DNA from: Eledone cirrhosa
Lineage: Eukaryota
Assembly: GCA_964016885.1 (NCBI GenBank)
Contig: OZ024745.1
Location: forward strand, 118,978,001 to 119,042,000
DNA length: 64,000 nucleotides
Direction of reading: 5' to 3'
The notes under the pieces are model-generated. The model was not told the origin of the DNA. It did not search any database and worked only from the letters and a program-made list of their open reading frames with translations. The translations under genes and the position numbers were made by a program. Shown here piece after piece: positions 13,050 to 26,719 of the stretch (the first letter of the stretch is position 1; every line of letters starts with the position of its first letter).

Positions 13050-13540
13050 ATCTATATATAAATTTCTGCAATTCTGTCACAACACGTAAAGAGAGAGGAG
13101 TAGTTTGACTACCTCATACTACTCCTCTCTCTTTACGTCTGCTGTCTGCGTGAATGTATGTGTGTGTAAAAGGAAAGAAGGAGGTGGTGAAAAGGTGAAT
13201 GTATGTGTATTTGTGTGAATGTATGTGTGTGTGTGTGTGTGCGTGTATTTTTGTAAGTGTGTTTGTATTGTTTGCACGTTTATATTTATATACTCATACA
13301 TATAAATATATGCATATGCACATACACACACTCACACACATATGCACTTACACACACTCACACACATATGCACATACACACACACACACAAACATATGCA
13401 CATTCACACACTCACACACATATGCACATACACACACTCACACACATATGCACATACACACACTCACACACATATGCACATACACACACTCACACACATA
13501 TACGTCAGCGTGTGGAAATGATTTCTCGTACATTATATTT
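13050..13540 (+). mobile_element. Helitron-like non-autonomous fragment with CA-rich internal repeats
   Basis: TCTATATATAAATTTCTGC start shared with 22024-22320. Confidence 0.5.
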
Positions 13541-13649
13541 TCCTCGGACATGCATTTTCAAAGAGCCGTTGTAACATATACAAAAGAAAACAAAGCCCGT
13601 AGTCTTTAATCATTGTAGCTGAATGCATGGTACTATAACTCCCGAGGAA

Positions 13650-13970
13650 GTAGTAGGGGCGCCATTTTGGCATACGGAGTTTGTAGGGCGTTTTAAAACC
13701 TGGCGGAGCCCAATCTTCTCCAGGTCTGAACACAGCAGATTTCTTCCAGAAGAGGATAGAAAGTGGGTGCGAGAGAGAGAGAGTGAGGTAGTGAGAAAGA
13801 GATTTAGGGGAAGAATCGACCCCAGTACTAGACTGGTACATTTTTTATCGACCTCGAAAGGATGAAAGGTAAAGTTGATCTCGATGGGATTTGAACTCAG
13901 AGAGCAGAGATTCGGAACGAATACCAAAAAACATTCAATCTGACGTTCTAATGACTGCGCTAATTTGCCT
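13650..13970 (-). mobile_element. Diverged SINE with 3' extension (similar composites at 17760-17970 and 54600-54855)
   Basis: SINE core plus shared CCTGGCGGAGCCCAA..CTCCAGGTCTGAACAC segment. Confidence 0.6.
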
Positions 13971-14605
13971 GTAGCTGAATATAGTGAGCTAAATTCATGC
14001 TGTTTATTCGAAAAGGAAATATGTGTTAACACTAACAAGGATCTGCTTTTTACGAATATTGAGTGTACAAATATGGGTGGGTTTGATTCAGCTTCGAATG
14101 TGTCTTTGGTCGGTTTTGAAATTGATATAAATTTATCCAGATCTAACATTCAAGAGGTTTGGCAGTGTTGGTATTGAATATTTGGACTACAATAATTCCT
14201 TCATATTCTATGTCGTTTAGATGATTGTTGGAAGTGGCTATGTAGCTGGAAAGGGTGTCAGACACCATGAATTGCGGCGCGTGTTAAGACAATTGTTAAG
14301 ACAATTTGAAATATTTTCCACCATCAATTGTTAAAATAACAAGTTAAAATCATTCAGTCGTGAATTCGTTACGTAGGTTACGCTTTAGTTACATTTACAC
14401 ACATTTACATGTAAATACATAAACTGATAGACAACAGAAGGAAAGGGATGATGAAACGCTATAGCGAAGTGTGTTGCGTCCCTTATGGGTTTACTGGCTA
14501 CATAGCCTATTCGATGATTGTAGTTTATCGTACCCCAGGGGCATTCGATTCCCAATTGTATTATTGTTTACCTGGTTGCTGAATATAAAGGTGAATAAGA
14601 TTATG

Positions 14606-16204
14606 GTCGCAATAGAAGGTATGTAGTTTGACTGTTATAGTGTTGTCACAATAAAAGGTATGTAGTTTGACGGTTATAGTGTTGTCACAATAGAAGGTAT
14701 GTAGTTTGACGGTTATAGTGTTGTCACAATATAAGGTATGTAGTTTGAATGTTATAGTGTTGTCACAATAGAAGGTATGTAGTTTGACTGTTATAGTGTT
14801 GTCACAATATAAGGTATGTAGTTTGACGGTTATAGTGTTGTCACAATAAAAGGTATGTAGTTTGACGGTTATAGTGTTGTCACAATAGAAGGTATGTAGT
14901 TTAACTGTTATAGTGTTGTCACAATAGAAGGTATGTAGTTTGACTGTTATAGTGTTGTCACAATAAAAGGTATGTAGTTTGACGGTTATAGTGTTGTCAC
15001 AATAGAAGGTATGTAGTTTGACGGTTATAGTGTTGTCACAATATAAGGTATGTAGTTTGACTGTTATAGTGTTGTCACAATAGAAGGTATGTAGTTTGAC
15101 TGTTATAGTGTTGTCACAATATAAGGTATGTAGTTTGACGGTTATAGTGTTGTCACAATAAAAGGTATGTAGTTTGACGGTTATAGTGTTGTCACAATAG
15201 AAGGTATGTAGTTTGACTGTTATAGTGTTGTCACAATAAAAGGTATGTAGTTTGACGGTTATAGTGTTGTCACAATAGAAGGTATGTAGTTTGACTGTTA
15301 TAGTGTTGTCACAATAGAAGGTATGTAGTTTGACGGTTATAGTGTTGTCACAATAGAAGGTATGTAGTTTGACTGTTATAGTGTTGTCACAATAAAAGGT
15401 ATGTAGTTTGACGGCTATAGTGTTGTCACAATAGAAGGTATGTAGTTTGACTGTTATAGTGTTGTCACAATATAAGGTATGTAGTTTGACGGTTATAGTG
15501 TTGTCACAATAGAAGGTATGTAGTTTGACTGTTATAGTGTTGTCACAATATAAGGTATGTAGTTTGACGGTTATAGTGTTGTCACAATAGAAGGTATGTA
15601 GTTTGACTGTTATAGTGTTGTCACAATATAAGGTATGTAGTTTGACTGTTATAGTGTTGTCACAATAGAAGGTATGTAGTTTGACTGTTATAGTATTGTC
15701 ACAATAGAAGGTATGTAGTTTGACTGTTATAGTGTTGTCACAATGGAAGGTATGTAGTTTGACTGTTATAGTGTTGTCACAATATAAGGTATGTAGTTTG
15801 ACGGTTATAGTGTTGTCACAATAGAAGGTATGTAGTTTGACTGTTATAGTGTTGTCACAATAAAAGGTATGTAGTTTGACTGTTATAGTGTTGTCACAAT
15901 AAAAGGTATGTAGTTTGACGGTTATTGTGTTGTCACAATAGAAGGTATGTAGTTTGACTGTTATAGTGTTGTCACAATAGAGGGTATGTAGTTTGACTGT
16001 TATAGTGTTGTCACAATAGAGGGTATGTAGTTTGACTGTTATAGTGTTGTCACAATAGAGGGTATGTAGTTTGACTGTTATAGTGTTGTCACAATGGAAG
16101 GTATGTAGTTTGACCGTTATAGTGTTGTCACAATAGAGGGTATGTAGTTTGACTGTTATAGTGTTGTCACAATAGAGGGTATGTAGTTTGACTGTTATAG
16201 TGTT
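14606..16204. repeat. 39-bp minisatellite, about 41 copies
   Basis: Unit GTCACAATAGAAGGTATGTAGTTTGACTGTTATAGTGTT, period 39 (14645 to 14684). Confidence 0.97.
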
Positions 16205-16701
16205 ATATTTTAGCTGTAATTTTATGCTAATTTATTATGTAATAGGCCAGCTTCTAACCTGCTGTAGGTAGGTTAATTTCTTGTGATATGTAATGTTGTG
16301 TAGACATTCTTACAATTCTCACTGTTGGTAACTTTTCTGTTAGTGTTTTACTGCATCGTTTCAATATGTCGGATGGATGTGTTTGCTATAGTATCCCGCC
16401 TCTCTTTTGTTTATTTTCAACGCTATGTCCTTATTTTCTCATATTTCTTAGTTACTTAATGTTGAGTTTTATTTCAGTTCTGTGTGGTCTTAGACAGCTA
16501 TGATTCAGAATCTCCGTGTCTTTGTTTTTATATTCATATAGTTGGTTATTTTATTTAGTGTTGTAAACATTTTATATTTCCTTTGAAAAAACATGATTTA
16601 TGGAACTTACAATAATTATTTTGTTGAGCATATGCACTACAGTTTCAGTTTACGATTGAAGTAGGCGGGCCCATCGCCGAAGGAGGGTGTGGAACACATG
16701 A

Positions 16702-16916
16702 TGATACTGCCCCCTTACTTTTTAATGGTTCTCCCTTAGATTTAGAAAATAGTTTACACACACACATACACACATGTGTGTAAACTATATATATATATAT
16801 ATATATTTATTAAAATAACAGATTAATAAATATTTGCTCTACGGTTCTTATATATTTGATATATATTTATCCTTATCGAGCCCTCTTTGGATTTTAGTCT
16901 TCAAATTTATTATTAT

Positions 16917-16966
<50 letters not shown>

Positions 16967-17016
16967 TATTTTCTAAATCTAAGGGAGAACCATTGTGAAG
17001 AGAGAGGGCAGTATCA

Positions 17017-17017
<1 letters not shown>
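16702..17017. repeat. Inverted repeat (16702-16757 / 16960-17017) enclosing (TA)n and a copy of the 31368-31530 repeat
   Basis: ATGATACTGCCC..GGTTCTCCCTTAGATTTAGAAAATAGTTTACA and its reverse complement. Confidence 0.75.
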
Positions 17018-17054
<37 letters not shown>

Positions 17055-17284
17055 GTGCATGTATGTGTGTATGAGTGTATGTGAGTGTTTCTATACGTGT
17101 GTGTGTGTATGTGGGTGTATGAGAGTGTGTGGAAAGAACATATGTTTAGAAAACGTCGAGCGGAATTCGAAAATTATATTAGAAAATTTCACCGTAAGTT
17201 CAACTAAAGAAAATAGTCTAATAACAATGGGGTGTGTAAACCCGTCGCACTGTAAAAGATGGGCATCAGCACACATAAAAAACT

Positions 17285-17480
17285 AGCCAGCAATTTTGGG
17301 GAGAGGAGAAGTTGATTAAATAGACCCCAGTGCGTAACTGGTACTTTATTTTATCGACCCCGTAAAGATGAAAGGCAAAGCTAACCTTGGCGTGATTTGA
17401 ACTCAGATCCTAAAGGGCCGTAACTCTATGCTGCAAAGCATCGCGTCCGACTCTCTACCGACACTGCCAATCCACAGCCC
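17285..17480 (-). mobile_element. tRNA-derived SINE
   Basis: Family match. Confidence 0.8.
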
Positions 17481-17582
17481 TATCCAAACATTTAATAATA
17501 CATACAGGAATCGCCAATACGAGGTTCTAAAAACCTTCGCTAAGTAAAAAACCACTACCTCCCTACGGACAACTGACGTTGC

Positions 17583-17750
17583 ACATCAGGTCCGAACACG
17601 GAAGAACCGATCTCCCACTGACATCACCTCCATCTCTCTGTATTATGAGCAAATGGTGTCCCATGTGTTGGCCGCCCCACAGCGACGGCGGACAGAATGG
17701 AGAAGGCGTTACCCCGGAGGATGGTAAGAGAGATGCGCTGGAGGAGTCAT
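17583..17750. repeat. Dispersed GC-richer repeat (also 34605-34760 and, inverted, 48130-48320)
   Basis: Shared CTCCCACTG.CA..CCTCC..CTCTCTGTAT..GAGCAAATGG..GGACAGAATGGAGAAGGCGTT; class unknown. Confidence 0.7.
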
Positions 17751-18074
17751 TCGGATCTCTGTTCTTTCGGTTCAAATCCTGCTGAGGTCAATTTTGCCTT
17801 TCATCCATTCCAGGTCGATAAAAAAAGTACCAGACGAGTTCTAGGGTTGATTTTTCATCTATATCTATTTTTAATATTTATTCTCTTGTTCTCTATCCTT
17901 CTCTGGAAGACATTTGTTGTATTCATATCTGGAGAGGAGAGGGTCCCCGCCAGGTTGTAAAATGCCCTTGAAACGTTGTATATAAATATGGACCCCTTAC
18001 AACTCAGGAGTTGCGGGATATCAAATAAGAGAGATGTGGTTTAACGAGACGTTTTTGTTCATGAATATATTATG

Positions 18075-18268
18075 ATAATTGTTTCTACATTTGGCACAAG
18101 GCCAGCAATTACCCAGTTCATCACTGGTACTTCATTTTATCGACCCCATAAGGATGAAAGGCAAAGTAAACCTCGGCGGTATTTGAACTCAGAATGACAA
18201 GGGCCGTAACCCTATGCGTCAAAGCATGGTGTCCGACTCCCTACCAATACTGCCAATTCACCGCCCTT
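18075..18268 (-). mobile_element. tRNA-derived SINE, near full length
   Basis: Family match. Confidence 0.85.
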
Positions 18269-18719
18269 ATAATACCATAATGATGAGCAGTTAGGGGATT
18301 GTTTGCTTCTAAGTCATTGCTATTGTTGGCCCCAACTCGGCTCTGATTGAGCAGACTCAGAAATCAAAGGTTTTCCAGATATGATCATTTCATCTTTTTC
18401 TATACCTATGACTACATTGTCTAAATTGTCGTTTTCGTATTAAGGAGCAGGGATATGATTTAATGGAGATTTGGCTGCTATATCTAATATATAGGATGAC
18501 CGTGTGGTGGCTACTTTCTTGCTTTGACTGCATTCTTTGTTGATGTTTTTGTTATTTTATTTTTACACGAACACATGTAACCCCCCCCCCCCATCCGACG
18601 TCTCCCACCCATTTGGGAATTTTCTTTTGTTTGAATTGTTTAGTTTCCACTATCTCCCTTGTTATTGGGAGGTATGAGTGACGACGGCGCTGTAGCGTAC
18701 ACACACACACACTCACACT

Positions 18720-18792
<73 letters not shown>

Positions 18793-19004
18793 ACACACAC
18801 ACACACACACTCACACACACATATATATCTTTGAAAATTCACCAGACACATTGCATTATTTTATGTATTTAAGTTTTCACAATTGTTAATTGATTATTGA
18901 GGATAGCGGTTTCAAGACAAACATCAATTTAACATTTGGAGATGAAACATATGTAAATGCTTGGAATAAACCCTATTACATCGCGTCTCCGTGTTAATCC
19001 TCTT

Positions 19005-19047
<43 letters not shown>

Positions 19048-19050
<3 letters not shown>

Positions 19051-19192
19051 TGAACCACACAATGTATAACTAATCCATTACCAAAGGTTTCAGGACCCTA
19101 GACAATATTAATATACGTCTGGTTTGCTCATCAGATAGAGAGGTTAGATAACCTTTGGTAATGGAGTAGTTATATATTGTGTTATTCACTTT
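19048..19192. repeat. Inverted repeat with hammerhead-like motif on the minus strand (19074-19139)
   Basis: Minus strand TCTAT-CTGATGA-..-GAAACC TTT GGT A-ATGGA; stem II imperfect. Confidence 0.55.
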
Positions 19193-19260
19193 CTAATTAA
19201 ATAGCTCTGTTTTATACAAAGAGCACTCTTTCTTCCTTTGCCTTTTCTTCGGAAATACTT

Positions 19261-19311
<51 letters not shown>

Positions 19312-19393
19312 TATATATATATACTATCCAGTGAATTTTCAACCGTCAAGGTTGTTTTCCATGGTTATGTCACTATTTATAAAACAAATTTTG

Positions 19394-19460
19394 TATTTTA
19401 TCTGATGAAAGCGCACCAAGTTTGGCTTGGTTGCCCTTGAAATATATATATAATAAAATA
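19394..19460 (+). ncRNA. Hammerhead ribozyme, family Z (relatives at 38161-38221 and 51106-51166)
   Basis: TATTTTAT-CTGATGA-AAGCGCACCAAG..CTTGGTTGCCCTT-GAAA TATATATA TA-ATAAAATA; 8-bp stem I. Confidence 0.78.
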
Positions 19461-19591
19461 ATTATGGTTTTATAAATATAGTTTCCATTTATTAATATAT
19501 TGAATATTTACTCCAGTAAACTGTTGAGTGCTCTATATCAGTTATATACTTTTAAGTTTGTTGGAATCCCAACAAATTAAATATAACTTCT

Positions 19592-19652
<61 letters not shown>

Positions 19653-19860
19653 GATAAATCTACCAAGAGTTTACGGTAGTGTCCAATCCGTATGAAGAAC
19701 TCAATGTATTCCGGATATCATGGAAAGAAGAGATGTAATGAAAATCCAATTTCGGTGAAAGATAAACGGTATACAGAGTCAAGATAAAATATTAAACAAA
19801 TAATGAACAAACAATTCCTTATATTAAACAAAAAAAGTTCACTATTTAACGATCGTTTCT

Positions 19861-20007
19861 TTATTTCTGAAGACGGCGTATATATGAGTTAGGTATGTAT
19901 ATTTAATCTTGATAATTTGTATAATTTTGTATAATTTTGTACATAGATCTGTTAAATATGCATACCAATTATAACACATATATACCCTAGAAACGATCGT
20001 TAAATAG
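19861..20007 (+). ncRNA. Hammerhead ribozyme with about 116-nt extended stem II, inside inverted repeat 19787-20062
   Basis: TTATTT-CTGAAGA-..GTATATATG..GGTATGTATATTTAA..TTAAATATGCATACC..CATATATAC..-GAAAC GATC GT T-AAATAG. Confidence 0.72.
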
Positions 20008-20056
20008 TGAACTTTTTTTGTTTAATATAAGGAATTGTTTGTTCATTATTTGTTTA

Positions 20057-20109
<53 letters not shown>

Positions 20110-20229
20110 GAGAAAGAATGTTTCAATTTGTTGGTATCTGGTATTTTATAATTATCCAGATTCTGTCTTTGCTCCTCTATTTTCTTTCTCGCTATTTTCA
20201 CTTTCTTTTTCTCTTTGTTTAACTCTTTA

Positions 20230-20623
20230 TTCCTCTCCCTCTCGCTCTTCACTCCTCCCACAATCTATTTCTGCCACCCTCTTTATTTCTCCCACCCTCT
20301 TTATTTCTCTCCCCCGCTCTCTATTTCTCTCCTCCCCGCTCTTTATTTCTCTTTCCTTCCCACTCTCTATTCTCCCTCCCCTTCTTTATTTCTCTCCCTC
20401 TCACTCTGTATTTCTCTCCCTCCCACTCTCTATTTCTCCCCCCTACTCTCTATTTCTCCGCCCCGCTCTGTATTTCTCTCCCTCCTATATATATATATAG
20501 TGTGTGTGTGTTCTGTAATGTCCTTTCTAATACCTCTCTCTTTTACCCCCCCACACCTGACATTTCTCACTCTCTCTGTTATTGTCTAACAAGTTTTCCC
20601 ACAATAGCTCTCGTTCTCTCCCT

Positions 20624-20680
<57 letters not shown>

Positions 20681-21535
20681 TGGCTCTTATTCGGGTACTT
20701 TGTCTACTATTTACACCCACCCACCTACACCCACATCCACACTCACTCACACACATACACACATACGCACTCACTCACACATACACACATACGCACTCAC
20801 TCACACACACGCTCATTTCTCCCTCTCACACATTCTATATTTTCACATACACTAACGCAGACACATTTGAAGCAATGCACGCACGCACACCCACACTGAC
20901 ACACACACAGACAAACACACAGACCCCCACACACACATACATACATACACACATACACCCCACACACACATACACACACACATTAACATGTTTCATTTCT
21001 GTCTCTCACACACACGCTTCCCTTCTCCCTCTCACACACATTCTCTATTTTCACATATACTAACACTGACACATTGGAAGCACACACACACACATACACC
21101 CCCCCACACACACACATACACACACGCATCCACACTGACACCCACACAGACATACACACTCATACACACACACACACACACATTAACACGTTTCATTTCT
21201 CCCTCTCACACACACGCTTCTCTTCTCCCTCTCACACACATTTTCTCATATACTAACACTGACACACACACACACACACACATACACACACGCATCCACA
21301 CTGACACCCACACAGACATACACACTCATACACACACACACACACATTAACACGTTTCATTTCTCCCTCTCACACACGCTTCCCTTCTCCCTCTCACACA
21401 CATACACACATTCTCTATTTTCACACATACTAACACTGACACATGCACACAACACTCATACACACACATACACACACACACACCACATACACCCTCCACA
21501 CACCCACACCCACACCCACACTGACACACACACAA
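20230..21535. repeat. Low-complexity CT- and CA-rich degenerate tandem repeats
   Basis: (CT)n, (CA)n and degenerate ~150-bp CA-rich duplications. Confidence 0.9.
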
Positions 21536-22023
21536 TCTTCCAAGAACGAGAACCATTACGAAGCATCACTGCTAATCTGTTTCAATTTTCTCGTTAGTGT
21601 TGTTATAGAGTTTCAAGTTTGTAAGATATCACGGCTGTTATATTCCCGCCAGTTAATTCATTCAATGTAATATTAAAACATTAACAACAACAAATTTATA
21701 TTCCAAATAATTCACACTTAAATTACTATCACTATTGAATTCTCTTTGGAATTAACGGTAAACTTAGGTTTAATTCCAAAGAGAAGAAACCGGGACATTT
21801 TTCTCAGAAGGAGGGAAGTTTAAGTTCCGAAATATTAGGACGAAAGAAAAAACAGCAATAAAATATATTTAAAAAAAATCAAATAAAGAAAAACAATGAA
21901 AAAAAAACAAAAAAACTACTCCCCACCCCCCAAAAAACTAACAAAACAAAACAAAACAAAAAGATTACCAGGTAACTAAATTTACCCTCCATTTTGCATT
22001 GTTTAGCCTTATATCACTTTTCA

Positions 22024-23235
22024 TCTATATATAAATTTCTGCGATTCTGTCACTACCTCATACGACTTCTTTCTCTTTACGTCTGCTGCCTGTGTGAATG
22101 TATCTATGTTATAGGAAGGGGATGGGGAAAAACTACTCTGTGTGAGTGTATGTGTATGTGTGTTTGAGTGAATGTATGTCTGTGAGTGTGTATTTTTGTA
22201 AGTGTTTCTGTATTTGCACGTTTATAGTTATATACTCATACATATAAATGTACGTATATGCACATACACACACACACACGCACATATACACATACGTATT
22301 AATGTATGGAAAGAATTCTAGTATTATCTACTTATATATATAACCAGCAATTTCTCTGTTTGTCTGTCCGACAGTGGAAACACGTGCGTAGAGAGAGAGT
22401 GAGAGTGAAAGAAAGAGACAGACTACGAGAGGGGGATAGCGGGAGGGAGAGAGGGAGAGAGAGAGAGTGAATAGACGCTAAAACACGTGCTAAAGAAATA
22501 TTACCTTCCCCTCTCCACTGACTTTGGTCACTGAGGCCGAGGGAATCGCTGGTTGCTATAGAGACACCTTGCACAAGCCAGAAGTAACCAGTTCGAGGCG
22601 GTTCTGACTTGACACCATGCGAAGAAGGTTGCCATTGAATTTGTGGTTGTTGCTGCTGATAATAAGGACCATTTGAAGAAGGTTGCTGCTAATGACGTAA
22701 TTTATTAATCAGATTGCGCAGTTCCATAACCTACGTTTAATTTGTTCAATTTTTTTCTTCAATTTTTTTTGTTGTTTTTTTTTTTATTTCTTATTGAAAA
22801 AATATAAATAATAAAATAAGGTTAGAAATTTAAATACAATTAAATACGATTTAATTTCCATTTCCAGCAGCCAATGTCCAGTGTTCAATTTCATGAAAAA
22901 ATTGGAAATAATTCAAAAAATTGAAGTTTAACTTTTGAACATTTGTTTTGACAATAAAAAAATATTTCCTTATTCACACCTAATGGTATGATTAAAATTT
23001 CATAGGAATATTTTTTCTAACCGCCAGTTATTTATTTTCTCCTTTTTCGTTTTAACATATTTATTTCAAAGATTTCACCGTATAGATAATATATATATTT
23101 ATACATGCATAAAAGACACACCGAGAGTCGGTGAACATGTGGTGCCGAAAACATTTCTCATCCAAATCTCAACAATATCAGTATATACACTAGATTTGCT
23201 AGCAGAAAACCGCCCACCGGGTGGTTTTCTGCTAG
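22024..23235 (+). mobile_element. Helitron-like non-autonomous element (possibly composite)
   Basis: 5' TC(TA)n start; 3' hairpin CTAGCAGAAAACCGCCC..GGGTGGTTTTCTGCTAG; the same end recurs at 60999-61036. Confidence 0.55.
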
Positions 23236-24505
23236 TCTATATATATAAAACTGAGGATGTCTGTGTGTGTGTGAGTTCGAATCCATAAAACTCGAGAAAC
23301 ACCCAACCGACTCTTTTCAAACTTTACACATGTAATACTTATGTTCCAGGGAGTGTTCTGAGCAAAAAGAAATTTCAAATTTTCAACGCCCTAGGGACCG
23401 CATTAGGGGATTTAGCGATCTCACTCTATAATTCTTAGTCTTTCTCTTTTTAGATAGATACATACATATAACGTTGCGCCCTTATAATATCTGTCTGTAT
23501 GTCTGACTGTCTGCATTACGTCAGCAATACTAAGCTTAGCTAAGGCGGTTATATATTTCACACAACACTAAACATTAAAGCCGGTAAAGAAAAACATCGC
23601 TGAAATAGCTTCAGTTTGTTTACTTACGTGCCTTTACGAGAACAAAAGTTACTATTTTACCGCTTAGTATTGTAGAGAAGCACCAAAACGACTGTTTTCA
23701 AACTTTACACATGTAATACTTATGTTTCAGGGAGTGTTCTGAGCAAAAGAAATTTCAAATTTTCAATGCCCTAGGGACCACATTAGGCGATTTAGCGATT
23801 TCTCTCTATAATTCTTAATCTTTCTCTTTCTAGATAGATACATAGAACGTCGCTCCTTTAGAATATCTGTCTGTATGGCTGGCTGTCTGCATTACGTCAC
23901 TTCCCTGAGGATGTCTGTCTGTGTGTGTGTGTGTGTGAGTTTGAATCCCTAAAACTCGAGAAGTACCCAACCGATGTTTTTCAAACTTTACATGTGTATT
24001 ACTTATGTTTCAGGGAGTGTTATGCACATAAAATTCAACTTTTTTTTTTATCTCCTGGGGCCCACATTAGTTGAAAAACTGAGTTTTTAAAGATTTTTAG
24101 GGTTTTTTTGAGGCGTTACGTCAGACTGATTTCCTTGAAATTGTAACTATGTATTAGTCAGTCTCTTCTTCATACCGTAAGCAAAGAAAATCCAACTTTC
24201 TTATGGCCTAGGGCCCGCATTAGGTGAAAAACTTCATTTTTCAGCTTCTTAGGGCTTTTTGGAGGCGATTTTCCCCAAATTTAAAGGCATATTATGCACA
24301 TAAAAAAATTCATTTTCTTGATCCCCTAGGGCATTAGGTGAAAACCTGCATTTTTCCTGCTTCATCGAGGAAAATCTTAAAGATTATCCAGCCATCTTAT
24401 TTTCTTTACATATTGTCCAGGCATGCAGTTTTTACACGATTAGGTCTGTTGGCGGCCCGCGTTCCAAAATACCCTCTCCCGTGCAACGCCGGATACCACG
24501 GCTAG
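23236..24505 (+). mobile_element. Helitron-like non-autonomous element
   Basis: Starts TCTATATATATAAAACTG; internal direct repeats (23300-23520 similar to 23685-23900); ends CCGTG..CACGG-CTAG followed by T. Confidence 0.7.
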
Positions 24506-24514
24506 TATATTATA

Positions 24515-24597
24515 TATTGGGTAACATAAATTCCCGGTCGTTTTTTTTTATTAAGAAGTTTTATAACAGCGGCGGGAATTTATGTTACAACCCAATA
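24515..24597. mobile_element. Mariner-like MITE
   Basis: TA-TTGGGT..AACATAAATTCCCG / CGGGAATTTATGTTACAACCCAA-TA. Confidence 0.6.
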
Positions 24598-24989
24598 CAA
24601 TGCTTCAAGCCAACTACAACATGTTGCCATTGACTACGTTATCACTGGCACTAGCAACTACACGATTACGATGATTATGAGGAGAATAGTTTCTAGTTTT
24701 GGCACACGGTCAGTGATTTTAAGAAAAAGAAAGAAAAAAGATTATCTCGACACCGTTTCTTGACTGGTATTTTATTTTATAGGTCTCGGAAGCCCAAATA
24801 GCAAAGATGACATTGCTGGGCTTTAAATTCCAAAAGTAAATAGCAGGAAGAAATACGGCTACACACTTGCCCGACCCTTTAACAAGCCTGTCGACTAACT
24901 GCTCTGATGGTTAGGAAGATAAGGACAAGACAACTAACATGAAAACTGATTCTACCACTGAAAATACTATCGACTATAGCACCAATAGC

Positions 24990-26493
24990 AACATAACCAC
25001 CGACACAAGCAACACCTTAACACCTCCACCACCAATAACAACACCAACACCTCCACCACCAACACCAACAACACCTTATTAACACCTCCACCACCAATAA
25101 CAACACCAACAACACCTTATTAACACCTCCACCACCAATAACAACACCAACAACACCTTATTAACACCTCCACCACCAATAACAAAACCAACAACACCTT
25201 ATTAACACCTCCACCACCAATAACAACACCAACACCTCCACCACCAACACCAACAACACCTTATTAACACCGACAAACAATCATTACTGCACGTATCTTC
25301 TTCTTTCACACCACCACCACCAATAGCAACACCACCTCCACCACCACCAACAACAACAACAACACCACCACCATCACCACCAACATTACAACACCATCAC
25401 CACCACCACCACCAACCACCACCACCGCCAACACGACCTCCACCACCACCACCACCAACAACATTACAACACTACCACTACCACCACCACCAACACCATC
25501 TCCACCACCAACAACAACAACAACAACACCGCCACCACCACCACCAACAACAACACCACCACCAACACCATCAACATTACAACACTACCACCACCACCAC
25601 CGCCAACACCACCTCCACCACCAACAACAACAACAACAACACCACCACCACCATCATCACCAACATTACAACCCTACCACCACCACCGCCACCGCCAACA
25701 CCACCTCCACCACCAACAACATTAGAACACTACCATCACCACCACCACCAACAACAACACCACCACCATCACCACCACCACGACAACCATCACCACCACC
25801 ACCATCACGACAACAACCACCACCACTACTCCATCACCATCATCATCACAAACAACATCGTCATCATCACCACCACCAGCAATAGTAGAAGCACCACCAC
25901 CACCACCACAACAACAACCACTATCCCATCACCACCATAACCACCACAACAACAACCACTATCCCATCACCACCATCATCATCACAATCAACATCGTCAT
26001 CATCACCACCGCCAGTAGCAACAGCAGCACCACCACCACCACGACAACCACCACCACCACCACCACCACCACCACCACCACCACCACCACCACCACCACC
26101 ACGACAGCCACCACCACCACCGCCACCACCACCACGGCAACCACCACCACCACCAACACCACAAACACCACCACCACCACCACAACCACCACCACGGCAA
26201 CAACCACCACCACCACCACCACGGCAACCACCACCACCACGTCAACCACCACCACGGCAACCACTACCACCACCACCACCACCACCACAACCACCACCAC
26301 GGCAACAACCACCACCACGACCACCACGGCAACCACCACCACCACCACCACCACAACCACCACCACGGCAACAACCACCACCACCACCACCACAACCACC
26401 ACCACCACCACCACCACCACCACCACGACAACCACCACCACGACCACCACCACGACAACCACCACCACCACGGCAACCACCACCACCACCACC
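24990..26493. repeat. (ACC)n/(AAC)n degenerate trinucleotide tract
   Basis: Direct inspection. Confidence 0.95.
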
Positions 26494-26719
26494 ATTCCTG
26501 TGCCAATGCAGTTGCAGTGTGCAACGGTGCAACTGTGCAAATAAGAGGTAACATGACACCTCTTATAACATGTAGATTTTAGACAGTAAAGGTTTACCCT
26601 TTCTTGATTTCATCTTGACACGGAAAGGTTGAGAGCATCGAATACCATGTCACGTGACCTAGCGTTTCGGTGTGTGAACAGACACATATAGAAAATAGAC
26701 ATCTACACACCCATCAATA

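Noticed and set aside
14606-16204. CRISPR-like regular array
   Set aside because: No unique spacers, eukaryotic context and no cas genes; plain tandem repeat.
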